Shown: positions 24,601-33,790 of the stretch, piece after piece | Layout: each line of letters opens with the position of its first letter | How positions within the stretch are numbered: position 1 is the first letter of the stretch | The notes under the pieces: generated by a model | The model's input: the letters and a program-made list of their open reading frames with translations, nothing else | Told to the model about the DNA's origin: nothing | Databases searched by the model: none | Position numbers and translations under genes: made by a program | Origin: a virus | Taxonomy: Duplodnaviria > Caudoviricetes | DNA: 64,000 bases | Virus record (IMG/VR): IMGVR_UViG_3300029928_000001 | Span: 114,420-178,419 of that record | Direction: 5' to 3' (one strand)

Positions 24601-26746
24601 TTGCCATACGAGAATTTGAATCAATTTATCATAAGGGAATGAGTTTTTGTAGCCGGCAGTTGTTCATCAATTTTCTGTATAATACGCTACCATTATACAC
24701 GTCTTTTAAAGACTGCTATATATTCCTATATAGATAAGACTATCTCTTCACCTTCAGCTTTACCTGCTAAGGGCCCTCCGCTTCGGTTCGCTTGAACCTA
24801 CTCCCTTTCGGGATAGTCGTTGAACTTTCTAATAATAATATTATTAGCTTAGCTGCTGATTATCCGTTCTGGACTTTTCAGCAATTCAAAGGGTTTACTG
24901 TTACTAATTTCTTAGTAATGATGCTAACTCTTTTTTTTGTTCAAAAGATAATTTTTGATAATCTAACCAATAATCTTTATAAGAATCATGTTTTAAAATT
25001 GTATATAAACTATTACTACTTCCTATTCGTAATTTTTCTATTAACCAAGTTTTTGGCATAATATTAAATTCTTCATTTACATACATCATAAAAACTTGTT
25101 CTTGAGTAAATTTTCTTTTAGAAGAATAAACAGTTGTATGACACTTTAAATCATAAAAATTACTTGATTCAAGAAAAATATTATATAAATCTTTTTTTTG
25201 TTCATCAGACATTTTTTCATACTCTTCAATAATAATTGTATGATTAACTTTACGTTTAATCCGACTAATAGTTGTTCTAGATACTCCAAACATATCTGCT
25301 AACACTTGACCAGGCTTAGAGCAAAATTCTAATGCAGCACAAATGGAAAAAATATCAGTTTTCGTTAACGTACTTCCACCATTAGAAGGTCCAAAATTTC
25401 CGCCTTCGTTTTGATTATATCCATTATAATAACTATCATATAATTTTATATAATATTGTTCTTTTTCACTAATTTCTTCTACGGTTACCTCTCCCGCATA
25501 AATTTCTTCAAAAGAAAAATTTTCTATACCATATATATTGAATTCTTTCTATAAAAAACTATTATCATGTCTATTGCATCTTAAATCTGTAAAATGTCTA
25601 TTTCTTCTTCTTCTTATATTATTTGTTAATCCAATATATTTTTTATGATTGATTAAATTTTCAATTTTATAAATATAATACATAAAATTCACCTCTCTTC
25701 AATAATATCTAAAAAGAAAGATAAATCAATGTTTCACTTTTGTCCAAAAAATTAACATATAACTGCGACTTGTTTAGTTGCTCCTCAGGGTGGGTGGTTC
25801 CATCCATGCAACGTCGCGACACGTTCATCGTAGGTATAATGACCTGGGAGAGTATATCACCGTCAACACCGACACACTCTTCAACAACTCCAGCGTGACG
25901 ACGCTTACCTCTAGACGTCTCTCTTGCGGCAATATTGTCAAAATATGAGCCATTCTTAAACACATATTTTGCGTAATCTTTACCTTCAAGAGTTACTCCT
26001 TTATTCCAGTTTATTTCTTTTTTGAAGGCCGGTATGAGGTTACATATCTCGTCAACCTTCTCCTTCATAATGCCTGCTGCCTATTCTTTACCTCCTGAGG
26101 TCACGAATAATTTACAACGGGGGTAGAGAACACAACGAATCATCAATATCATCATTGCCAGGAATGATTTGGAATCTTTATATTCTATTAAGCTCGCAAA
26201 ACTTAATACGTTTATTAAAAAACTGCTTACAATTTCTTGTAAGAATAGACTATTTCACACTTTTATAATAAAAAGTTCCTCCTTTTCGGTTTAAGGGAAT
26301 CTCACCCGCCCCATTAACTTGGGCCCTACTCCTATTGCCTCTATTTTTATTCCGAGGAGGCTTCTTTCAGGATAGTCGTTGAAGTTTCTTAAGCTTACGC
26401 TCAAGCTTACCTGCGAATTTCCTTAACTAAATTTTAGTCTTAGGTTCAACGCAATTAAAAGGATTTGTCCAAGATTTTACTCCATTGGCGCCATTCACGC
26501 TCTCGGAAAAACACAATAAACATATTGATGACGCGCCGCCGCGCGCAAAAATACTCGTTGATAAAAATAAAATTTAAAATCTTGCGGATTTCCAGATTCT
26601 AAAAGGAAATCAACAAATTTATCTGGATATTCTCTCCAGAGAGAAATATACTATCGAGCAACTGGAATAATTGCCCGAACACGTTCTTCTGATAAACCAA
26701 TTTTTTTCTTAGAATGAGATAAGTCTAATAAATCTTGGAGTGCCAT
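21681..26746 (-). CDS. terL: Terminase large subunit, 5 exons (26497-26746, 25755-26175, 24135-24664, 22894-23331, 21681-21772), 576 aa
   Basis: Spliced product gives Walker A PRAYSKS, RGKRR...VVEE, YVTTAG, LSVDVGR, DGNGLGIGL and KDKFSALEY; exon total 1731 nt = 577 codons. Confidence 0.9.
21773..22893 (-). ncRNA. Group I intron 4 of terL
   Basis: GCG T|...ATG|TA GAA junction; R CAACGACUA, S AAGAUAUAGUCU; IGS GCGC near the end of the HEG. Confidence 0.85.
22005..22868 (-). CDS. Intron-encoded LAGLIDADG homing endonuclease, 287 aa, TAG-recoded
   Basis: YWLGFMYADG and FLRGFFDGDG motifs; at least 4 in-frame TAG; AAGGAG RBS. Confidence 0.85.
23332..24134 (-). ncRNA. Group I intron 3 of terL
   Basis: P1 AUGGGU/GCCCAU; P AAUUGCUGGGAA, Q AAUCAGCAGC, R GUUCAACGACUA, S AAGAUAUAGUCU; terminal G. 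Confidence 0.9.
23493..24020 (-). CDS. Intron-encoded HNH homing endonuclease
   Basis: VHRL...QVNHIDGNKQNNNLSNLEW motif; located between Q and R; no TAG. Confidence 0.9.
   Translation of the reverse strand: MEKRLIVNSKYKLKYDYYALENGNIYSEKTNKILSKHLDKDGYEKVRLISEDGRHTYSVHRLILENFYPIDNMENLQVNHIDGNKQNNNLSNLEWVTSKENTIHAHKIGLKNQKGEKNNASKLTEQDVKEIIELLLSKKYTQKEIGEKYGVCADAIGAIKNKHNWVYLTKDINFN
24665..25754 (-). ncRNA. Group I intron 2 of terL
   Basis: TAT GT|...GATG|A ACA ACT; P1 AUGU-UAA pairs with UUA-GCAU near the HEG 3' end; P2 UUACUAA-GAAA-UUAGUAA; canonical P/Q/R/S. Confidence 0.85.
24901..25683 (-). CDS. Intron-encoded GIY-YIG homing endonuclease, 260 aa
   Basis: MYYIYKIENLINHKKYIGLT...R motif; internal TAG; ends TAG TAA; in frame with 24904-25305. 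Confidence 0.85.
26176..26496 (-). ncRNA. Group I intron 1 of terL (321 nt, no ORF)
   Basis: GCG T|GAAUGGCGC...AAAG|AT TCC; P1 GCGU/GCGC, P10 GAAU/AUUC; R UUCAACGACUA, S AAUAGUCU. Confidence 0.85.
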
Positions 26747-27957
26747 TAGAATGTCTCATCCTTACTTTCTTTAATTACTTTTAAGATTGCCGCATTAGTA
26801 TCATTTGTTTCATCTTCTAAGAAGTTATTATATTCTTCAAAATCATTATCATTAATCTCTTGATTTTTTATATTATCTAAATCTTCTAGTGTTAATTCTT
26901 CGTCTTCATCTTCATCTTCTTCCTGTTCCTCTTGACGAGTCATTTCTTTTACGGCATTGTCAATTAAATTACCTAAATTCATTTCTTCAGTAACTAAAGA
27001 ATAAGTATAATCTTTTAAATCTTGTAAAGTTTCATCAACTTTATCATTTGGTTTATCAATATAGAAACGAGGAATAAAACCTTCAGATTCACATAAAACC
27101 ACAAGCTCACTAATTGAATCTACAAATTCACCATTTTCTGCTTTGTTCTGCGCAGCAGTGAATTTTCCTGATTTCATCAACGTATCATAGACCTTACTCA
27201 TCTTTTGGAATCCCTCAATATCGCCTAAGTCGATGAGCTGATTCGCCTTCAAGCTAGTCTTACAGATAAGCTTTAAAGTATCAATATGACCTGCTGTTTG
27301 AATATCATAAGATTCGCACATGTCATTATATAATTGCTCAAGTTTTACCCATTCTTCTGGTTTATAAATTCTACCCCATTTTAAACGAAGATAAGTTCTA
27401 TCTTCGTCAGTTAAATCAATATCATCTACAATATCTTGGTCCTGCGGGCTCGGAACCGGCACTTGCGCAGGTTCTGGTCGTGGTGGCGGCACAATAGGAT
27501 TAACAGAATCATTAATTGCTTCGGCAATCTCTTGTGCAGAATAACCACGTTCGGCCATTGCAGTTTTCATACGATTAGCTTCTAATTCTTGAAGGAATTC
27601 ACTATCTTTCCAACGATAGTCTTTCCATTTTTTTAATTTCATTTTTGCTAAATATCTGCCAACAATAGTTGTGCCAGTTACTTTAGAAGGATCTTGTGCG
27701 TAATTACGCATAAGCTTGTTCCACTCATCGGGCACGTACGGCACATCAGCCTCTTTAAGAATCCATTTATATGTGTTAGGGTCCCAATTGTCAACCATCA
27801 TAGTAATACATTGTTTACATTGATGCAATTTACAATCATTATCTCCATATTTTTCTTCATTATTAGAAGAATAAAACTGGGTTCCTTTCATTGTTTTATG
27901 ACAGGTTTCGCAAAAATATTCTTTTTTGTCAGTTTCTGTTTTTGCTAATTTCGCCAA
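26746..27957 (-). CDS. Zn-finger protein upstream of terL (candidate small terminase)
   Basis: CxxC...CxxC N-terminus, acidic tail, TAATG-coupled to terL; function inferred from position. Confidence 0.6.
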   Translation of the reverse strand: MAKLAKTETDKKEYFCETCHKTMKGTQFYSSNNEEKYGDNDCKLHQCKQCITMMVDNWDPNTYKWILKEADVPYVPDEWNKLMRNYAQDPSKVTGTTIVGRYLAKMKLKKWKDYRWKDSEFLQELEANRMKTAMAERGYSAQEIAEAINDSVNPIVPPPRPEPAQVPVPSPQDQDIVDDIDLTDEDRTYLRLKWGRIYKPEEWVKLEQLYNDMCESYDIQTAGHIDTLKLICKTSLKANQLIDLGDIEGFQKMSKVYDTLMKSGKFTAAQNKAENGEFVDSISELVVLCESEGFIPRFYIDKPNDKVDETLQDLKDYTYSLVTEEMNLGNLIDNAVKEMTRQEEQEEDEDEDEELTLEDLDNIKNQEINDNDFEEYNNFLEDETNDTNAAILKVIKESKDETF

Positions 27958-27968
27958 AAATAATCACC

Positions 27969-29018
27969 TCACTTTTTTTTATTACGGCATTTCTTACAGA
28001 TACTATAATATCCATCTTTACTGGTTTTATTTTTGGAAAAATATTTATTATGGGCTAATTTAATTTGCCCACACTTACTACATTTTTTATAACGTCCACG
28101 CGCATAATTAAGATAGTAATTATCAAGCCATTCATCTTCAGCTTGTGATGCAATTAATTTTGGAATTTTATTGCGCCAAAGACTTGATATATATTCTACG
28201 CTATGTGTTTCTCCAAATTCTTTATTTAACAATTCTTGTATTTCTATATTTTGTAATCCATCAATTTTATATTGAACAATTTTTTCATATAATGGATAGT
28301 CCATAAGCGCAGCTGTACTGGTATTATCAAAGTCTTCCATGAGATGCCAAGTATCACTTGGTAATTGGTCCCATGAATCTTGTTTTAATTTAGAATAATT
28401 GCATAAGATAAAAGAGCATACTCTTTTATCTAATAAACTTATTCCAGAAGGAATAGGAAATTCTTTATCATTAAAATCTTCTGTCAAATCGGGCAATTCT
28501 AAATAATGTTTGCCGCGAGTGAGATTCATTATGCCGATCGGTTTGCGATAAGCAGCTTTTATTACATATTGGTCTTTGCGCATCTCTATTAAAGCTCTTT
28601 TTATTATATACGCGTCTTTTCCTTCTGCAACTTTTAATTTTTCTTCCCATAAATGTATTGTTTCACGCAATTGTTTTAAAAAAGGAATTTCATCTATATC
28701 TTTCTTTGTTATTGTCACTTTTGGTCTTAAAATCATATGTTTATTTTCAGTCATCATATTATAAATTGCGTCTTCGCCATTTTCTAGCTAAGAAACAAGA
28801 CCTTCAAACGATGTTTCATTTTTATTAACTGTAATCATACGATTATCAGTTAAAATTTTTCTTTCTCGTTTTTCTTGTTTTTCCATACACATAATGAGAT
28901 AATCTGCTAATATTTCTAAATATTTTTCATTTGGTTCTTCTTCTAATTCATCTAAAATTTTTTTTACTAACTCATTACGCTCTTCTGGAGTCTATAAAGT
29001 ATAGTCTAACTTTATCAC
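27969..29018 (-). CDS. First gene of late operon, 349 aa, HTH-like plus C-terminal Zn finger (possible transcription regulator), TAG at codon 9
   Basis: GTG ATA AAG...TTA TAG with AGGAGG RBS; in frame with 27969-28757; CSKC...CKKC. Confidence 0.7.
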
Positions 29019-29125
29019 TTATAAGCCTCCTTTTTAGTAAATAATAAATTTCGGAACTAGCGTTCCTCCATTTATTATTTACTAAATGTGTGGAACTTTT
29101 TTCCCATATTTATTACCCTATATAT

Positions 29126-29194
29126 AGTATAACAAAATTTTTTTGTTGTGTCAAAGAATTTTTTATTGATTTTTATAAAAATTTTTATTATAAT
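29126..29194. promoter_or_regulatory. Divergent sigma-A-type promoters (late operon on -, prfB on +)
   Basis: Minus: TTGACA-17-TATACT (29154 to 29126); plus: TTGATT-17-TATAAT (29166-29194). Confidence 0.75.
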
Positions 29195-29226
29195 ATATAT
29201 AGAAAAAGAAAAAGAGGTTAAAAAAT

Positions 29227-30279
29227 ATGGACTTTACTAGTTATGGCTTTAGCCAAAAGGAAGAAGAATTAAAATATTTGCGCGAAGAGGTGGCAGACCG
29301 ATGTGCAAGAGGTATATATGACAACGTTGATTTATTGAAGAAGTGTAAGGTACTTGAACATCAACTTTATTATAAAGAGCAAATTGAAGAATGGGAAAAA
29401 GACTTAGCTGTTGTGAATGAGCTTTTGGATGAAGAGCCAGAAGATAAAGGTATGTTAGAAACTAAGTCAAAAGTTGAAAATCGATTGCGAAAATTGCGCG
29501 AGGACCTTGACACTGAGCTGCTTTTAGACGGGGATTATGATAATGACGATGCCGTTGTGTCGATTCACGCGGGCGAAGGCGGCACTGAAGCATGCGATTG
29601 GGCGGAAATGTTGTATAGAATGTATCAACGGTGGGCGCAATCAAATGGTTATGAAATAGAGGTAATTGATGGATTAAATGGTAGCGTTGCAGGTATTAAA
29701 AATATTGAATTTAAAGTTAAAGGTGTTAATGCTTATGGAATGCTACAAGGTGAAATGGGTGTTCATAGATTGGTTAGGGTAAGCCCATTTGATGCTAAAG
29801 GAAGGCGGCATACAAGCTTTGCGGCAGTTGAAGTTTTGCCGGATTTAGATGATGTGGAGCTTGACGCTGTTATGATAAATCCGGAGGATTTAGAACAACA
29901 AACATTTAGAAGCGGTGGAGCTGGTGGGCAATATCAAAATACGACTGAAAGTGGTGTTAGATTAATTCATAAACCTACTGGTTTAATTGCGGAGAGTAGA
30001 GAAGAGCGCAGTCAACATCAGAATAAAGATAAGTGTTTAAAAAGATTGAAAGCAATGTTGGCTAAGAAGGCTATGGACGAAAGACTGAAGGAAATTAAAG
30101 AGCTGAGAGGAGAACAGCTTTTTAATGAATGGGGCAGTCAGATTAGAAGCTATGTTTTTATGCCTTACCAATTGGTTAAAGATGAAAGAACCGGATGTCA
30201 GAGTGGGAATATTAATGCTGTGATGGATGGGGATATAAATAAATTTATGAAAGAATATTTATTATGGAGGAAACAATAA
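29227..30279 (+). CDS. prfB: Peptide chain release factor 2 (phage-encoded)
   Basis: SPF stop-recognition tripeptide (LVRVSPFD), GGQ motif, GGTEACDWAEML, WGSQIRSYV; continuous ORF with no programmed frameshift. Confidence 0.95.
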   Translation: MDFTSYGFSQKEEELKYLREEVADRCARGIYDNVDLLKKCKVLEHQLYYKEQIEEWEKDLAVVNELLDEEPEDKGMLETKSKVENRLRKLREDLDTELLLDGDYDNDDAVVSIHAGEGGTEACDWAEMLYRMYQRWAQSNGYEIEVIDGLNGSVAGIKNIEFKVKGVNAYGMLQGEMGVHRLVRVSPFDAKGRRHTSFAAVEVLPDLDDVELDAVMINPEDLEQQTFRSGGAGGQYQNTTESGVRLIHKPTGLIAESREERSQHQNKDKCLKRLKAMLAKKAMDERLKEIKELRGEQLFNEWGSQIRSYVFMPYQLVKDERTGCQSGNINAVMDGDINKFMKEYLLWRKQ

Positions 30280-30380
30280 TGGGTAGAAGTAAAAGTTTAT
30301 TTAAAAACGTTTGCGGGAGTATGAGTAGAAAGTATAGTAGAAGAGCAGTTAAAAGTGTTTATGATTTCTTGTGGAAGTAA
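30279..30380 (+). CDS. 33-aa basic peptide coupled to prfB
   Basis: TAATG overlap; MGRSKSLFKNVCGSMSRKYSRRAVKSVYDFLWK; terminator follows. Confidence 0.45.
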   Translation: MGRSKSLFKNVCGSMSRKYSRRAVKSVYDFLWK

Positions 30381-30677
30381 GAGGTTTATTATCCCTTACT
30401 TTTTTTGCGATTATAGAATTTGAGAAACATTTGATAGGAGTTTGTCCCAGGTAATAACCTTTTTCTCTTTCCAAAATAATTTTTTCCCGTAATACACGCC
30501 CCCTTTTTCTCTAACGAGAAAAAGTACAAGCTCTATTGTCGCCTTTCAGGCGCCAAGACCCCACGGGTAAAAATAACACCCTCCCACAAACTATAATACT
30601 TGCTCGCGCCGCTTGCAGACGCAAACGGCGTGCCTTCTATTAATTTACATTCTTACCACTTTTTTCCAAGAGAAAGT

Positions 30678-30693
30678 TGGCACGAATCTTGCA
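30678..30693 (+). promoter_or_regulatory. Sigma-54 (-24/-12) consensus box
   Basis: TGGCAC-GAATC-TTGCA. Confidence 0.65.
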
Positions 30694-30809
30694 TAAGGTC
30701 TTCCTGAAATTACCATTGTACTAAATAAAAAACATTGCAAAACCTCTTGACAGACTTGCTCGACTATGCTATACTATAAGTACAGTAAAGGAAAGAACGA
30801 GGTAAAAAA

Positions 30810-31133
30810 ATGTTAGAAAGAATGAAAGACTGGGCTATTATGTTATTAACTGTAAGTATTATCCTTATCATTGCCGTTGTATGCGGTATCATGCAGACCG
30901 CAGACGCTGACACAACGACACGCACAATGGAAGCAACTGCCATTGCCAAAACTTACCATGAACAAGGCGATTACACTTCTATGACCTTCCGCACAAGCGA
31001 TGGCAATGAGTGGACGTATGACTATACAGTATGTCCTATTGGTGCAAAGTGTACTATTACCTTTGATACACAAGGCACAAGCACGGTAGAGGATGACATT
31101 ATTACAAACATCATGTGTGAGTTGGCAGAGTAA
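30810..31133 (+). CDS. Membrane-anchored hypothetical early protein
   Basis: N-terminal hydrophobic helix; own promoter and GAGGT RBS. Confidence 0.7.
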   Translation: MLERMKDWAIMLLTVSIILIIAVVCGIMQTADADTTTRTMEATAIAKTYHEQGDYTSMTFRTSDGNEWTYDYTVCPIGAKCTITFDTQGTSTVEDDIITNIMCELAE

Positions 31134-31221
31134 AAAATCTGCCAACTCTTGAAAAAGCTATTGACAACATCAACATTCTATGTTATACTATAGATACAGC
31201 AAAGGAAAAGAGGTAAACAAA

Positions 31222-31377
31222 ATGAAAAAGTTTTTAAGCAATGCAATTACTACAGTATCTGCTATCTTTGTCGCTTGGTTTGTACTCTCATGGCTTGAGG
31301 TATGTTGCAAGAACACAGCACCAGACCCACAGTATTCACCATTAAACTTATTAGTAATTTTATTAGAAAACGCTTGA
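31222..31377 (+). CDS. Small membrane protein (start corrected to 31222)
   Basis: GAGGT RBS, MKKFLSNAITTVSAIFVAWF. Confidence 0.6.
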   Translation: MKKFLSNAITTVSAIFVAWFVLSWLEVCCKNTAPDPQYSPLNLLVILLENA

Positions 31378-31458
31378 CAAACACATCGATAAACCTATTG
31401 ACAACTTGCCTTGCTTATGGTATACTTTAAATACAGTAAGGAAAGAGAGGTAAACAAA

Positions 31459-31665
31459 ATGAGAACTATTTGTTACAAATTGGACACACCAATTATTTAT
31501 AATAAAGGTACAAAGTACGAAAAACATTTAGATACATTCTTAGATAAATACATTGCTGGAACAGATGAAGAGATTCAAGCAATCATCGACGAAATGAACC
31601 AAAAGGCAAAAGATAGAGTGTATTTTATGGACGAACAGTCGATGTTCGACACTACAGGAAATTAA
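31459..31665 (+). CDS. Hypothetical early protein (start corrected)
   Basis: Promoter and GAGGT RBS before ATG AGA ACT. Confidence 0.65.
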   Translation: MRTICYKLDTPIIYNKGTKYEKHLDTFLDKYIAGTDEEIQAIIDEMNQKAKDRVYFMDEQSMFDTTGN

Positions 31666-31734
31666 AAAAAGATATTGACAAAGTATTAAAAGTATGGTAT
31701 AGTAAAGATACAAAAAAAGAAAGAGGTAAATAAA

Positions 31735-32013
31735 ATGTTGACAAAAGTAACAGTAAAGAAAATGAATAATGAAGTATATATTAACTTAACAGACCATTCA
31801 GACAGTGTATACAAAAATACTCTATGGATTGTAGCAGACTTGGTAAAATTAGGATATAATTTTATAGAAATAATTCCGTATGGAGTTATCAGAGTCAATA
31901 CAAATGATTATAAAGGTGTGACCTTTGGGGTTCAAAAATGGTTAAAAGAAAATGAGATTATTGAAAATATAAAATTAGATACAGAATATACAACATTTAA
32001 TTTATTAGATTAA
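31735..32013 (+). CDS. Hypothetical early protein
   Basis: Own promoter and RBS. Confidence 0.65.
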   Translation: MLTKVTVKKMNNEVYINLTDHSDSVYKNTLWIVADLVKLGYNFIEIIPYGVIRVNTNDYKGVTFGVQKWLKENEIIENIKLDTEYTTFNLLD

Positions 32014-32088
32014 AAAAAACTTATTGACAAATTAAAAAAAGTATGTTATAATAAATTATAATCAAAAAGGAAATGAGGTAAAAGAAAA

Positions 32089-32301
32089 ATGTTAGAAATG
32101 ATTTTATTACTGGTTACGGCTTGCGGTTTGATTATGTGGACGGTACACAAAGACCGCAAGAAAGCAAATTGGTTTTATGTAGTTGACAATTTAAGCATTG
32201 ATGTTTGCCGCAAGTTTTCCGACTTGGCAACAGCTCAAGAGATGTATAACTTGTGTGTGGCAGACGGGCATGAGGTTTATTTAAAGAGATTAAGGGGCTA
32301 A
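32089..32301 (+). CDS. Small membrane-anchored early protein
   Basis: Own promoter and RBS, hydrophobic N-terminus. Confidence 0.65.
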   Translation: MLEMILLLVTACGLIMWTVHKDRKKANWFYVVDNLSIDVCRKFSDLATAQEMYNLCVADGHEVYLKRLRG

Positions 32302-32559
32302 AGCCCCTTAGGTGTGAGGGTAACGGCATTCTATGGCGGTTCAATTCCGTCAACCCTCTGTTTTACCTCTTGTGGACATGGAGCGAGTCCTCAGACGCTC
32401 CTCTCCTTTTAGCAAACACATGTTCATTTTTTATACCTCTTAAAAAGGATTGGAATTTATTTCCAGTCCTTTTTTCTTTGCGCCGGCGGCGCGCCCACGG
32501 TTGCAGGGCGCGTTTTTTTCAGATATTTCCAATGCTACCACTTTTTTACAGTGTAAAGT

Positions 32560-32614
32560 TGGCACGAATCTTGCATGGTCGCTTCCTGAATTTACCATTG
32601 GCACGATTCTTGCA
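32560..32614 (+). promoter_or_regulatory. Two tandem sigma-54 consensus boxes
   Basis: TGGCAC-GAATC-TTGCA (32560) and TGGCAC-GATTC-TTGCA (32599). Confidence 0.65.
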
Positions 32615-32736
32615 AGGTCCTCGGGCTGGCAAGATCTGGAAGAAAAATTTTTTTTATTTTTTTATCGAAAACCCCTTGACAGGTTCGCTGTTCTGTGGTA
32701 TACTTTAGATACAGTAAAGGAAAGAGGTAAACAAAA

Positions 32737-33195
32737 ATGACAAAGACAACATTCTTAAAACATTACAATTCGTTTTCAGCAGCTCATAACTACTTGGTAT
32801 TCTTCTTATATAAGAAAAATCTGTATATGGCAGAATGTGGAAAAATCCAGCCAAGATGGGTAGTAGAAAACTATGAAACATATGGACACACACAGAAATA
32901 CATGATTTCTCTGAAAAACCAACATAAAGAACAGTTAATCCGCAAAGGCGCAAAGCTGTTAATGACAGAATCCGAATTTATGGCAATAGATGTACCAAAC
33001 AGGGGTAGAAAATGTGAAAAGTGGCTACATGAGACTACTAACCAAGACGGCGTATATAAATATGATACAGTACCATTCAATATTGATGGCGATATTACAA
33101 TCAATGGAATTAAATACCAAGTAAAATTCCAAAACGCAAGTCTTGCGAATGTAAGAACGATTGAAAAATTAAAGAAAGAGAGAAGAGGAAAATGA
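32737..33195 (+). CDS. Hypothetical early protein
   Basis: 152 aa, own promoter and RBS. Confidence 0.7.
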   Translation: MTKTTFLKHYNSFSAAHNYLVFFLYKKNLYMAECGKIQPRWVVENYETYGHTQKYMISLKNQHKEQLIRKGAKLLMTESEFMAIDVPNRGRKCEKWLHETTNQDGVYKYDTVPFNIDGDITINGIKYQVKFQNASLANVRTIEKLKKERRGK

Positions 33196-33296
33196 AAAGT
33201 CGGTGGAAAAATTCCACCGACAAAATAAAGAAAAACTATTGACAGAGTGGAAAAAAGATGCTATAATAAAGAAAAGATAAAGAGAGGTAAGAAAAA

Positions 33297-33743
33297 ATGA
33301 AAAAAACAATTTGGTTTGATCTTGACGGTACACTTGTTAATTTATACGGCGTGCAAGACTGGTTGCCTATGATTCAGGCATACGACCCAACACCGTACGC
33401 TGTAGCAAAGCCACTTGTAAGATTCAGTCATTTAGCAAGATTGCTAAATATGCTCCAAGGGCAAGGCTACAATATCGGCATTATCTCTTGGTTAGCAAAG
33501 AATAGCACCGCCGAATATGACGGACTGGTAGCGGAAACCAAAAGAGCATATTTAAGAAAGCACCTGCCGAGCGTACGATTTGATGCAATCAATATTGTGC
33601 CTTATGGAACATTAAAAGATACTTTTAATAATGGTTTTGACTTTCTCTTTGATGATGAAGAACAAAACAGAGAAAATTGGACTGGTGAAGCATATGACGC
33701 AAAAGATTTAATTGCGGTTTTACAAGAAATGGTAAGGGGGTAA
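33297..33743 (+). CDS. HAD-superfamily phosphatase (5'-nucleotidase-like)
   Basis: WFDLDGT motif I, ISW, K, LFDD motif IV. Confidence 0.75.
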   Translation: MKKTIWFDLDGTLVNLYGVQDWLPMIQAYDPTPYAVAKPLVRFSHLARLLNMLQGQGYNIGIISWLAKNSTAEYDGLVAETKRAYLRKHLPSVRFDAINIVPYGTLKDTFNNGFDFLFDDEEQNRENWTGEAYDAKDLIAVLQEMVRG

Positions 33744-33774
33744 GAGTGGATATACATCCACTCTTTTTTATATA

Positions 33775-33790
33775 TGCAAAAATCATGCCA
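33775..33790 (-). promoter_or_regulatory. Sigma-54 consensus box on minus strand
   Basis: TGGCAT-GATTT-TTGCA. Confidence 0.55.

Noticed and set aside
24665-25754. Non-canonical terminal A for terL intron 2, using a local P1 with GGACA
   Set aside because: A better P1 (AUGU-UAA with UUA-GCAU) forms at the end of the HEG, giving a canonical U.G site and terminal G
1756-28764. Plus-strand ORFs from the track within the late operon (e.g. 18411-18863, 7311-7508, 27694-27948)
   Set aside because: Antisense shadows of minus-strand genes or intron cores, with no RBS or motif support
47-29018. Structural genes as decayed pseudogenes of a cryptic prophage
   Set aside because: The interruptions examined are in-frame TAG with frames, RBSs and gene overlaps intact; random decay would also give TAA, TGA and frameshifts
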